Origin: an uncultured virus (IMG/VR IMGVR_UViG_3300025133_000081)
Taxonomy: Duplodnaviria; Heunggongvirae; Uroviricota; Caudoviricetes; Crassvirales
Reading direction: 5' to 3' (one strand)
Length of the DNA: 64,000 nucleotides
Virus record (IMG/VR): IMGVR_UViG_3300025133_000081
A program made the translations under genes and the position numbers. The first letter of the stretch is position 1. Each line of letters begins with the position of its first letter. Under the pieces are notes generated by a model. It was not told where the DNA came from, made no database searches, and was given only the letters and a program-made list of their open reading frames with translations. This document shows, one piece after another, positions 27,977-36,638 of the stretch.

Positions 27977-30409
27977 TTACTTTGCTGTAGGGGACGGTTT
28001 CCTGGCTTTCGCGGTCCTCTCTTTAGAGGCTATGTCCAATCGATCAATTACTCGATCTTTTTCATTTTCCCGCGCCTCATGTCCTCGATCTAGCTCCTGT
28101 TGTCTTTCTTCCAACTCTAGTTTGAGCTTCTCAAGTCCTTCTGTATCACCTGTAAGAGCTGCTTCCAGCTGCTTAAGGGCGACCTCTTTCTCATATTCCA
28201 TCAACTTCAATTCCTTTTCATGTAACTGCTTCTTCTCTTCTAGAATCAGATTGGATTGAAGTTCACGTTCTTGTTCTGTGGCCTTTGCCTGGATAGCTTG
28301 TTCCTGCTCCGCAGCTCTTGCCTGTTGTTCCTGTTGAGCAGCCTGTTGTTGTCTTCTCTGTGCATCCTCCTCAGCAGTCTCTATCTTACGTCTGATCGAT
28401 GAGATAGATTTATCAGTCATGATAGACATCAATTGACTGAAGTTCAACTTATCATTCTGAAGTCCTGCTTGAGCAAGATTCATGAACTGTTGATATATTT
28501 CAGAATCAATTCTGTTATTAGATACTGCGATATCGAAGTCAAGTTCTCTGAACTCATCCCCATCTATCTCAAATATCTCTACAGACATATCATCCAATAC
28601 ATGTTGTACTTTCTTCTTATCTCCTCTATAAGCATATTTAGAAGCCTCTAACAATGCTGTCAGTGCTCTCTTTTTAATATCCTCATGAATGGAGAAATAC
28701 ATTTCAGTAATATGAGAGGACTGTGTTACAGCTCTATCAACATTACCTACAAGCTCTCTTTGTTCAATAGCTCCCTCTCTTTGCTTCGATACACCAGATA
28801 TCTCACCCATCTCATTCTTCAAGAAGTTGAGCATGGCGATATTCTGCTGGATATAACCAGACATATCAAAGTTCATAGGTGATTGTCTAGAAGGTAGATT
28901 ACCAGCCATCTTACCTGTGGCAGCACCTTTATCTCCCTCCTTAAAAGAATCCTCTACCATCCAGCCCATACGTTCTGCATAATAAAGTACATCCTCAAAC
29001 TCCCAACCATCAGGAGTTCTTGCAAGGTCAATGGATCCTATCACCCCTTTATATTTAGCAAATGCCTCCTGCGTTTTCCACATGAAGGCATTATATAAAT
29101 ATTGATAAGGTTTCATACGTCCCATCAAAGAGACCACCTGCTGATCATTTACAGCATAGGCAGTACCTACATAAGGACATTGTGAAATAGATGGATTGGT
29201 CATAGAAAAGGCCTTAACTGGGAAGCTTTGCATCTTCACATATATCTCCTTACCTATCCGTGTACCTTCCCACCAGTCAGTTACCCAGTACCAATCGATC
29301 TCCTCACCAAGAGAAGTATCAGCCTCTCTAAGCTCTGAGACCAGCTCATATTGTGGTAATCCTGTCTGTGGATCATAGTACTTTAACTTTCCTACCTTTT
29401 GAAAAGATCGCCAAGCTACCCGTGTTACGAGCATTGAACCATCTTCACTGTAGTCTGGTAAGTAGAAACTATTCTCTGTCAACTCTGTGTCAGCTATGAA
29501 TTTTCCGTCTCCAGCATCTACCAGATGAATTCCTGATGGAAGGTCATCTTCCTTATGTCCTATATTAATACCCTCTTTATTGGAATACTCCTCACCTTTG
29601 GTCTTACCCTGCTCGATCAATTTGACCTGCGTGGGAGTAAGATGATCATGAAACATATCAATGACCTTACCAGGGGAATAGTAGGCATACTCCAGAATAA
29701 TATCAGAATCTTCGATATTGTGTGTTTCAGATGAGCGGATAACCTTTATATTAGTAGGGTTACATTTCCTCATCACTGGCTCACCAGCCACTACATCAAC
29801 TGCATATATCTCAACACCAGTAAGTAATGCATCTAAGAACCCAGCATTGAATTTCCTATCAACACCCTCCTGTTCCTTAATGTGTTCCAGTAGAAAGGTA
29901 GCTCTACGCTCTCTCATATCCTGGTACTCATACTTTCTCCATTTGTCCAGTTCCTGCAGTTTCTGTTCTATATCCTGCTGAGACTGCCCCTCACCTTGAA
30001 TGATCTGCTGCATTGCCTGTGTATATACCTTCTTTATCTCTTTCTCCTTATCAGAGATGGCATCGTCATTGATAACCCTCACCCTTAGGTCAGAGCGTCT
30101 CTTGGCCTCCTCTCCTACAAGGAGATTGATCTTAGGTGCAGCGATCGGATAGTTTCTAGGTTCAATTGGAAATGAATCATCTCCTAATGAAAATGGATCA
30201 CAGAATTCCATCATCTCCTTCTTATCAACATGATTATTATACATATTGATATTGGTGCGCATCTCCTTCAGAGTTGTCTTGAATTCACCTGCAGAGAATG
30301 CGTGGTCAATAGCTGACTCTACACATTTCTCTCTCCATTTTTTGTTCTTGGCAGCTAATGATTTCTTCTGTGAAGGAAACCCGCTTAAGCCTGATTCAGT
30401 TAGTCCCAT
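27977..30409 (-). CDS. Portal protein
   Basis: 810 aa; FPSQK...K..KW...C, YPI..PKI.LL.GEE.KR, WEGTRIG, GVSKQREG.I..RELVG.V.R...QSS.ITE; long C-terminal coiled coil. Confidence 0.9.
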   Translation of the reverse strand: MGLTESGLSGFPSQKKSLAAKNKKWREKCVESAIDHAFSAGEFKTTLKEMRTNINMYNNHVDKKEMMEFCDPFSLGDDSFPIEPRNYPIAAPKINLLVGEEAKRRSDLRVRVINDDAISDKEKEIKKVYTQAMQQIIQGEGQSQQDIEQKLQELDKWRKYEYQDMRERRATFLLEHIKEQEGVDRKFNAGFLDALLTGVEIYAVDVVAGEPVMRKCNPTNIKVIRSSETHNIEDSDIILEYAYYSPGKVIDMFHDHLTPTQVKLIEQGKTKGEEYSNKEGINIGHKEDDLPSGIHLVDAGDGKFIADTELTENSFYLPDYSEDGSMLVTRVAWRSFQKVGKLKYYDPQTGLPQYELVSELREADTSLGEEIDWYWVTDWWEGTRIGKEIYVKMQSFPVKAFSMTNPSISQCPYVGTAYAVNDQQVVSLMGRMKPYQYLYNAFMWKTQEAFAKYKGVIGSIDLARTPDGWEFEDVLYYAERMGWMVEDSFKEGDKGAATGKMAGNLPSRQSPMNFDMSGYIQQNIAMLNFLKNEMGEISGVSKQREGAIEQRELVGNVDRAVTQSSHITEMYFSIHEDIKKRALTALLEASKYAYRGDKKKVQHVLDDMSVEIFEIDGDEFRELDFDIAVSNNRIDSEIYQQFMNLAQAGLQNDKLNFSQLMSIMTDKSISSIRRKIETAEEDAQRRQQQAAQQEQQARAAEQEQAIQAKATEQERELQSNLILEEKKQLHEKELKLMEYEKEVALKQLEAALTGDTEGLEKLKLELEERQQELDRGHEARENEKDRVIDRLDIASKERTAKARKPSPTAK

Positions 30410-30413
30410 TTAA

Positions 30414-30446
30414 CAAATATAACATTATTTATTCCTTAAGTGCAAA
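30414..30446 (-). promoter_or_regulatory. sigmaA promoter TTTG-N21-TATATTTG, 4 nt before the portal ATG
   Basis: Exact -7 consensus TAnnTTTG followed by TTAA ATG. Confidence 0.65.
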
Positions 30447-32614
30447 GGAATGAAAGGTTTTTTCTCACTTTTCTCTTTACGTAGATAGCGGTTTCCTCTA
30501 ACGGATGGTCGGCTATCAAAGAACTTTGGATAGGTTTTAGCTTCTCGTTCTACCCTCACTCTGTGCATGTCCTCTCTAAGGATCAATACCATTCCCAGTG
30601 CAGATATCCTATCATAGTTCCCCTCATCTGGTCTGAAGTCGATCAGCTCTTGGACCATAGCTATGTTCCACAGATGATGTAAGGTCATCTTGTCCTCTCC
30701 TCCTTCGCCATAATAATCTGACAGGAGCCATGACTTGATAAGGGAATTTCTCCAGTTATTGACCTCTTTAGTAGTATGTGTACCCTTTGCAGTGTTTCCG
30801 AAGGTTGCTCCTTTGACGATCTGCATATCCTTCAATATCTGAGGAGTATCGGTCAATAGATACAAAGCATTCTTCTTATCAAAATAAGAGAACATGCCCT
30901 TCTTATTATTCTCATAATTACACCTGGCATTATAATACTTCAACATCCTATACACTACCTCATAGAATTTCTCAGCAGTAGCTGGTCTACCAGTATATTC
31001 TGCCACTATACGTCCAGTCAACCTATTCATTATAACACATGAACCAAGTGAATTGGTAGTAGACATATCATCATCATAGGGGTCAACCCCTGCTATATAG
31101 ATACCATAAGGTACATCTATACCATGATTTATAGGATGTTCCCGTATCTCTACACACCCCACCAATCCATAGTTCTCTCGGATCGGAAACTGCTTGACAG
31201 GAGGATGTTCAGCCAATCTGGTCTCAATACGTCCCTCCTTATTAATAAGCTCTACCCTGAACAGGGCATCATCGAATCTAGCTGGCTTAGTAAGTATCTC
31301 ACTCTTCTGTACCTTCAGATCCTCTACTGGAAAGATAGAACCCTCTCTCTTCATTACTGCTTCCTCAGGAGTGATGGATCTATCCGCCTTCTCCTGTATC
31401 ATTGCATTGGGATCAGTGGTATTTCTCCTCACCTTGTCCCTCTCTATCAGTAACTCTTTGAGTGCACCTATAACATCTGAATTACCATTCTCATCATAGT
31501 ATCCCTTCCTATTAAAGTACTCTCCACAATACCATCCACAATTGGATGTGGTCTTATCTCCTCTATCAAACACATTCTTTATACCATACACCCTATAACC
31601 TTCTGGCTGTTCAAACAATGTTCTGATACCATCAAAGTCAGCCCCCTCAGTACCACCTGTACCGAATGCTACCATAGTACCGAATGTATAGTTACCATCC
31701 TCCATGGACGGTCGTGCAATGGCCCAGGCCGTAAGTAGGTTAGGGAATTTACCAGATTCCTCAAACATGATTATCTTTCCCCTTTTCCCTCTGGCCCTCT
31801 CGGGTTGATTCTTCAGGGTTATCCCTATGATCTCAGACTTGTATCCTTTTACGATCTTAGTGTTGGGATCCTTATACGAAGCTTTTCTGTGATGAGATGT
31901 ATCCTTCTCCTCCCTAGCCTTCTTCCACGGTGTGTGTTCATCAACAAAATCCATAATATCCCAGGTCTTATCCAGAATCGCATCACCTCGTAGGTAGGAA
32001 TCCTCCGAAGCAATAGCATAACTCTTAGACTCTGAGATCATAAAGAAGTTCCTTGATAGTACAGCAGCACCCTTAAAAGAGTACCCTCTACCTCTGGTCT
32101 TCAATACAGAGCAATGTAGACCACGCTGCTCTGCTTGTTCTATATAATGAAAATATAAATAATCACTATCCCAAAAATGAGGAAATTCACGCTTACGTTC
32201 CGCTCTCTTCAGATTGGAATCCTCGTGTGATTCGATCTCCACATTCACAAGAATAGTGCAGTAATTCAAATACCAATAAAAATAACCTGATACCCACTCT
32301 CCATCAGAAGGTCTCACATACCCCTCGGTACACCTTCTCATCTCTTCCTTCCAGAACTTCATATAATCTGAGCTCTCCTGTGGGTTAGGATAAAGAAACG
32401 TATAGCAATCATGCTTCTGAAAATGCAATGCTGCTTCCCTAAAATAATCAATATCCTCCAATATATGAGGCCGAGTGATATCTACTATCACCCGACCCTT
32501 ACTGTCTCTTTCCAGTTCTTTGGCCCTTGGTCTATCCAGCTTTGTCAGATAATCCAGTATAGGAATATCCAAGATGGTCTGATCAATTTCCTGTTGTAAC
32601 TTCTTCTCGTCCAT
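30425..32614 (-). CDS. terL: Terminase large subunit
   Basis: Walker A-like KTRGRGYS, Walker B IMFEESG, FGTGG coupling motif, RNase H-like IAGVDPY and GNYDRISA. Confidence 0.92.
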   Translation of the reverse strand: MDEKKLQQEIDQTILDIPILDYLTKLDRPRAKELERDSKGRVIVDITRPHILEDIDYFREAALHFQKHDCYTFLYPNPQESSDYMKFWKEEMRRCTEGYVRPSDGEWVSGYFYWYLNYCTILVNVEIESHEDSNLKRAERKREFPHFWDSDYLYFHYIEQAEQRGLHCSVLKTRGRGYSFKGAAVLSRNFFMISESKSYAIASEDSYLRGDAILDKTWDIMDFVDEHTPWKKAREEKDTSHHRKASYKDPNTKIVKGYKSEIIGITLKNQPERARGKRGKIIMFEESGKFPNLLTAWAIARPSMEDGNYTFGTMVAFGTGGTEGADFDGIRTLFEQPEGYRVYGIKNVFDRGDKTTSNCGWYCGEYFNRKGYYDENGNSDVIGALKELLIERDKVRRNTTDPNAMIQEKADRSITPEEAVMKREGSIFPVEDLKVQKSEILTKPARFDDALFRVELINKEGRIETRLAEHPPVKQFPIRENYGLVGCVEIREHPINHGIDVPYGIYIAGVDPYDDDMSTTNSLGSCVIMNRLTGRIVAEYTGRPATAEKFYEVVYRMLKYYNARCNYENNKKGMFSYFDKKNALYLLTDTPQILKDMQIVKGATFGNTAKGTHTTKEVNNWRNSLIKSWLLSDYYGEGGEDKMTLHHLWNIAMVQELIDFRPDEGNYDRISALGMVLILREDMHRVRVEREAKTYPKFFDSRPSVRGNRYLRKEKSEKKPFIPLHLRNK

Positions 32615-32861
32615 GAAGTCTTATACCAATTCCATTCGGTCCAATAAGTTCATACTCTCCTGTCTTTGGAGCTGAAAAAGTATACGTATAATAATTCATA
32701 TCCTTCATCACCTCTTTTCTCTCCTGTGTTGACAACTCTATATTAACCTCTTTATCACCGATATGATTCAAGATCTTAACTGCCAGGCTGTTCAGCCCCA
32801 GGTATTCAAATTCTTCTCCTCCGTTAATCTGCATCTTCAAAAAATCCTTTTTGACGTCCAC
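32583..32861 (-). CDS. Hypothetical protein
   Basis: 92 aa; bridges two genes with overlaps on both sides. Confidence 0.45.
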   Translation of the reverse strand: MDVKKDFLKMQINGGEEFEYLGLNSLAVKILNHIGDKEVNIELSTQERKEVMKDMNYYTYTFSAPKTGEYELIGPNGIGIRLHGREEVTTGN

Positions 32862-33363
32862 CTCTCAAAGACCCCTCATCGGCAAGCTCTTTCCTAACCT
32901 CCTCTTCCAGCTTCTTCATAGAAGCAACCAGTTGAGGAAGTGCTGCGATAACACCCTTTACCTTGGCGACATCATTAATATACTTACCATTGACATCCCG
33001 CTCATTATACTCAATAGACTTGAGAAACTTAGCGAGATCATCTAAATTGTCCCATGCTCCCTCCAATAGGGCCATAGAACGTGTTCTCTGTAGATCCCTA
33101 TAGACATCTCTAGCAGCCCTTACTCTTTTATCTGCCGTCCACTCCTTGCCTCCAAAGATCGATCTAATTACCTTTTCCTCCCTCTCACTCTTATGCTCCT
33201 GCATATATGGAGAGCGAAGATCTTCCATGAAATAAACATAGCTCATCTCCTGAAAGGCCTTCTCCTTAGAGCGGTTCTTTCCCCAGATAGCTTTGAATTC
33301 TTTAATAGCCAGTGCCTCTGGAGTCCAAACAACTGCACCATCTTCCATGCGAAATAACTCCAT
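32824..33363 (-). CDS. Conserved crAss protein upstream of TerL (putative small terminase)
   Basis: PEAL.I..F..IW...K..A..E.SY.YF..D.RS.Y motif; position. Confidence 0.55.
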   Translation of the reverse strand: MELFRMEDGAVVWTPEALAIKEFKAIWGKNRSKEKAFQEMSYVYFMEDLRSPYMQEHKSEREEKVIRSIFGGKEWTADKRVRAARDVYRDLQRTRSMALLEGAWDNLDDLAKFLKSIEYNERDVNGKYINDVAKVKGVIAALPQLVASMKKLEEEVRKELADEGSLRGGRQKGFFEDAD

Positions 33364-33803
33364 TAGCTAGGTAGTTCTGCCTTACTAGGATCAATTGTCT
33401 TAACCTTCACACTCTTATTAAAAGCTTCCTTGGCCTTCTCTGCCATATCACCTATATGCATGGTGAGGTCTCTTTCGATCTTCTTATTGAACTCCCTGGA
33501 CAGTGTCGTCTGGATCTGATCTACAGAAGGATATTCCGCATATGAACCAGAGAAATCATACTCCTTCAAAAGAAAGTATATCTCATCATCCAATCCAAGA
33601 ATAGGGGAAGGCACAATACCTGCCACCATCAATCCTACATCTCCTGCCTCATATCCCTTAACAGAATCAGCAACCTCTACGATCTTAACATAAGGATTGT
33701 ACATTGCCTCTCCTAAACTAATACCACCCTTGGTGGTCGTGATCAATTCCATCTTACAAAGAATATTTCCATTCTTAGGTGTAAATCCACTCTTATTTTT
33801 CAT
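33363..33803 (-). CDS. GroES-like co-chaperonin-fold protein
   Basis: FTP.NGNIL...TKGGI.L...V.IVEV...V..YEAGD pattern of Cpn10. Confidence 0.55.
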   Translation of the reverse strand: MKNKSGFTPKNGNILCKMELITTTKGGISLGEAMYNPYVKIVEVADSVKGYEAGDVGLMVAGIVPSPILGLDDEIYFLLKEYDFSGSYAEYPSVDQIQTTLSREFNKKIERDLTMHIGDMAEKAKEAFNKSVKVKTIDPSKAELPS

Positions 33804-34011
33804 TTTTCAAATAACTAATTCCACGTGTAATACCATACCTGTACGGATCCCATACAAGTCTCCCTTTCTTATAATGCTTGATCTCCTGCTTCATATAGGC
33901 CCTTCGAAATCTATATTCTTCAAAGGTCTCACCATCCAATCGATGGTTTGCAAAGCTAAGAGCTACAGGCATTATTCTGTCCTCCTCGACAGCATGTTCC
34001 ATATATTCCAT
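33793..34011 (-). CDS. Hypothetical protein
   Basis: RL.GE.FEEY..RR.......K.Y.KG.L.W motif recurrent in phages. Confidence 0.55.
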   Translation of the reverse strand: MEYMEHAVEEDRIMPVALSFANHRLDGETFEEYRFRRAYMKQEIKHYKKGRLVWDPYRYGITRGISYLKNEK

Positions 34012-34214
34012 TAAAACATCGGTTTATCGGTCGATAACTCAATACCAGCATGTTGCACAGTATTCATATTCTCCCATCTGACCAGATACTCACAGTCCCC
34101 GTCCCCTGGAACTATTATCGCCAGAACCATCCCCCTCTCGGGATCTCCCTGCGACATTCTCAAGAACACCAGGTCTCCCACCTGATAATCTACCTCTAAT
34201 GTTAGCCTCTTCAT
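34011..34214 (-). CDS. Small SH3/KOW-like hypothetical protein
   Basis: YQVGDLVFL...G.V...Y.V.W pattern. Confidence 0.5.
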   Translation of the reverse strand: MKRLTLEVDYQVGDLVFLRMSQGDPERGMVLAIIVPGDGDCEYLVRWENMNTVQHAGIELSTDKPMF

Positions 34215-34305
34215 TTGCTATTAAATAATCAATAATATCATCTACTCCCATAATGATATCCTCTGGCTCCAATTCGTTTTCCCAAACATTCAATGTTAAC
34301 CACAT
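34090..34305 (-). CDS. Hypothetical protein
   Basis: Starts right after the upstream stop; C-terminal half overlaps the next gene. Confidence 0.3.
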   Translation of the reverse strand: MWLTLNVWENELEPEDIIMGVDDIIDYLIANEEANIRGRLSGGRPGVLENVAGRSREGDGSGDNSSRGRGL

Positions 34306-34306
34306 A

Positions 34307-34519
34307 TCACCATTTCTTTAAAGGACATTCACTTCCCATACTTCTTGTCTTAGCAGCAAGTGGACATCCACATTCATTACATTTTAAAACTCCTACCTTA
34401 ACTCTAGCAGATGGGCAGTCAGAACATATCTTTGCTCTCCTTTTTGCCTCAATCTCTACCAGAGGGTCCTTCTTTATCAGGTTCTTCCACCCGCTTAATA
34501 TTTCTTCTAACTTTCCCAT
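34307..34519 (-). CDS. Small Cys-rich metal-binding protein
   Basis: RR..IC..CP...C..CGCPL.AK......CP..KW. Confidence 0.7.
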   Translation of the reverse strand: MGKLEEILSGWKNLIKKDPLVEIEAKRRAKICSDCPSARVKVGVLKCNECGCPLAAKTRSMGSECPLKKW

Positions 34520-34706
34520 TGCATGGTTTAAATCTTCCTATTCCCTTAACATAGACCTCTCCCATAGTTACTGGATCATTACGATCTCCCTTCGATATGG
34601 TCAATCTCACCAATTCCCATTGCCTCTGCCATATCCTCTTAACTATCTTATACGGAACTCCTGTCCTCAAAGAAACGTCCTTCAATATCAACTCCGTCTC
34701 CGTCAT
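34449..34706 (-). CDS. HU/IHF-like DNA-binding protein
   Basis: Helix-turn-helix N-terminus (LKDVS.RTGV....V..I) and V.VKGIGRF strand motif. Confidence 0.55.
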   Translation of the reverse strand: MTETELILKDVSLRTGVPYKIVKRIWQRQWELVRLTISKGDRNDPVTMGEVYVKGIGRFKPCNGKVRRNIKRVEEPDKEGPSGRD

Positions 34707-34890
34707 TTATACTTACACTAATATGTAACCTTAATTTCTTCTTATTGAGCTTGATCTTCCAAGTAGTATCAGGAAACTCCTCCTGATACGTCTCCAGTGC
34801 CAATCTCATCATACTCTTTAACGCTATCAGCTCCTCCATTGAGGTTCTCTGAAACGAGTACTCCAGTACTTTTCTTGAGTCTAAATTCAA
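34648..34890 (-). CDS. Hypothetical protein
   Basis: Bridging ORF; true start probably MEELI. Confidence 0.35.
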   Translation of the reverse strand: MNLDSRKVLEYSFQRTSMEELIALKSMMRLALETYQEEFPDTTWKIKLNKKKLRLHISVSINDGDGVDIEGRFFEDRSSV

Positions 34891-35245
34891 AACTTACCTT
34901 ATTTACTGCCGAAGGATAAATAACAAAAGCCTTCGACAAAGTGTTCCCTTTAATTATATGTACCTTCCTCAGTACACTCAAAGAATTATTAAAACTAGCT
35001 TCTGTTACACCAGCTCGCTCTCTTATCTCCTTCCTAATAGAAGAAGAAAACAACAATTCCCATTTCTTAGGATCTTCCTTCTCCTTAAAAGAACCACTTA
35101 ACTCTTCATTCATACGCATAAACTCCGCAAGAATATTACAATCCTTATTCGAAAGTCTATTAAGAGGCGGTAGATTCTTCAACAACTCTATATACTGTCG
35201 ATAAAATCTTTCCCTCTCCGTATCTATCTTAACCGTTTGCCTCAT
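34769..35245 (-). CDS. Putative winged-helix DNA-binding protein
   Basis: L.NKD..ILAE...IR..IRE..GVT.ASFNN.LS.LRK..II; start reassigned to the ATG at 35245 because the track start lies inside the promoter. Confidence 0.55.
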   Translation of the reverse strand: MRQTVKIDTERERFYRQYIELLKNLPPLNRLSNKDCNILAEFMRMNEELSGSFKEKEDPKKWELLFSSSIRKEIRERAGVTEASFNNSLSVLRKVHIIKGNTLSKAFVIYPSAVNKVSFEFRLKKSTGVLVSENLNGGADSVKEYDEIGTGDVSGGVS

Positions 35246-35249
35246 ACAT

Positions 35250-35281
35250 CTAATATACAAAAAAAAATTGAATTATCCAAA
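35250..35281 (-). promoter_or_regulatory. sigmaA-like promoter TTTG-N20-TATATTAG, 4 nt before ATG
   Basis: TTTG GATAATTCAATTTTTTTTTG TATATTAG ATGT ATG. Confidence 0.7.
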
Positions 35282-35282
35282 T

Positions 35283-35408
35283 TTACTTTTTATACACTAT
35301 TATAATAGATGCACATATACTACAATTACCCTTAAACACCTTCCAAGAAATCTCTCTGAGGTTCTTTAACGCAACTGTCGTTGAGCACCTATTACAATAG
35401 CTTACCAT
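35283..35408 (-). CDS. 41-aa zinc-ribbon peptide (not in ORF track)
   Basis: MVSYCNRCSTTVALKNLREISWKVFKGNCSICASIIIVYKK; YCxxC...KGxCxxC; ATG abuts the upstream TAG. Confidence 0.65.
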   Translation of the reverse strand: MVSYCNRCSTTVALKNLREISWKVFKGNCSICASIIIVYKK

Positions 35409-35483
35409 CTATTTACAACTACACTGTACACAGGTACATGTACAGTCTGCTGCACATACACACATCTCTTTACATTCACACAT
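35409..35483 (-). CDS. 24-aa metallothionein-like peptide (not in ORF track)
   Basis: MCECKEMCVCAADCTCTCVQCSCK; 9 Cys in CxC units; preceded by AAAAGAGGAAACA. Confidence 0.7.
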   Translation of the reverse strand: MCECKEMCVCAADCTCTCVQCSCK

Positions 35484-35558
35484 TGTTTCCTCTTTTAATT
35501 ATTAACTATTAATCCTTAATCATTAATCTTCTAAAGCCCCTTCCCCCTAGCTTTTTTG

Positions 35559-35698
35559 GAGTCACCTGAAAAAACACTCGATTATTGCGAGTCAAAAAAT
35601 CTAACCATAACCCTTTATAGATTTTTTGAGTTCAACTATCTGATCCAACAAGTGTCTCTTGAAGTGTAAGATTTCTTTCTTTATCGTCAGGTGATCTC
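35559..35698 (-). ncRNA. Structured leader / ncRNA candidate
   Basis: Closing helix GAG(A)TCACCTGA/TCAGGTGACTC encloses a 12-bp hairpin (35592-35629) and a 5-bp hairpin (35576-35592); begins just after the promoter at 35712. Confidence 0.55.
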
Positions 35699-35711
35699 TA
35701 ACTGACCAGTA

Positions 35712-35743
35712 CAAACATACGAATAATTATTGACATATCCAAA
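35712..35743 (-). promoter_or_regulatory. Consensus Bacteroidota sigmaA promoter TTTG-N20-TATGTTTG
   Basis: Exact match to -33 TTTG / -7 TAnnTTTG; first promoter of the minus-strand arm. Confidence 0.8.
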
Positions 35744-35893
35744 TTTATTTTAATATTTTTTAAAAAATTTTACCATGTGTCCTATTTGAGAGAGTACCTC
35801 TAATCAAACTGGGGCTATGTTTTGCGGTGGGAAACCCCCCCATTCGCAAACTATGTATAATCTAACTTTTGGGGTAAATATAAGGAAATTGTC

Positions 35894-36364
35894 ATGGACA
35901 AAAAAACATTTAATTGCCGCGTTAATCCAGCAACCTGGACACGCGAGAGAGACGGTAAAGAGTTTGACGCCTTCCTATTCTCAGGCGGTCACATCATTAT
36001 GTCTGAAGAAGACACAGATGATGGCACTGTTGAAGTTGAGCTTGATGCCCAATTCACTTTGCGTATTGATCGAGACGCTCAAGACGAAATTATGGAAGAA
36101 ATTCTTGAAAGTTTTGGCAGCTCTCCCGAAGAAGTTGAACATCTTGGTAGATCTGTTGTTGCCGCAGGGTTGGCACATGAGTTCCCAATCGAAATAGATT
36201 GGGCCACTGTTACCCTTGGCAAGAAACTCGTATCTGAGTATTCAAACGCTGAGAGCGGTCTCATTCAGAGAGTTCGTCTGTCTAAGTCGGGCTTACGACA
36301 GGCGCTTACTGGCTTCTTGACTGAAGTGGATACACTTGTCAAAGCTGGCGAAATTACGGTGTAA
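35894..36364 (+). CDS. First gene of the plus arm; acidic hypothetical protein
   Basis: 156 aa, rich in D/E, less AT-rich than neighbours, followed by its own terminator. Confidence 0.7.
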   Translation: MDKKTFNCRVNPATWTRERDGKEFDAFLFSGGHIIMSEEDTDDGTVEVELDAQFTLRIDRDAQDEIMEEILESFGSSPEEVEHLGRSVVAAGLAHEFPIEIDWATVTLGKKLVSEYSNAESGLIQRVRLSKSGLRQALTGFLTEVDTLVKAGEITV

Positions 36365-36399
36365 GGATACTACCTTTGGTAGTCACTTGCCTTACATGC

Positions 36400-36430
36400 A
36401 AGAAGGGGGCTGTTAGCCCTCTTCTTTTTT
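36400..36430 (+). terminator. Rho-independent terminator
   Basis: agaagggggc-tgtta-gcccttcttct followed by a T run. Confidence 0.7.
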
Positions 36431-36506
36431 AAGGCCCTTACACACAGTGATAGAGAGTATATATTAGGCATAACTCATTAAGTATTAATTAATTAGAACT
36501 AATCCA

Positions 36507-36638
36507 ATGGTAGAAGACATCAATGTTACTCCAGAGTTATTCGTAGAAGAATTACTTAGAGATAAGGACGTCAATGTTGAGGGATGGGTGGATCATTTAC
36601 TATCCTCGCCCTCAGACATTCAAGCAGTATCATTCTAA
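36507..36638 (+). CDS. 43-aa acidic peptide (not in ORF track)
   Basis: MVEDINVTPELFVEELLRDKDVNVEGWVDHLLSSPSDIQAVSF. Confidence 0.5.
   Translation: MVEDINVTPELFVEELLRDKDVNVEGWVDHLLSSPSDIQAVSF

Noticed and set aside
30425..32614. Introns or inteins in terL (also checked in polA and the helicases)
   Set aside because: The ORFs are continuous, of ordinary length, and lack intein splice motifs.
28..34721. Many short plus-strand ORFs in the track across the structural arm
   Set aside because: They are antisense shadows of well-supported minus-strand genes and show no recognisable motifs.
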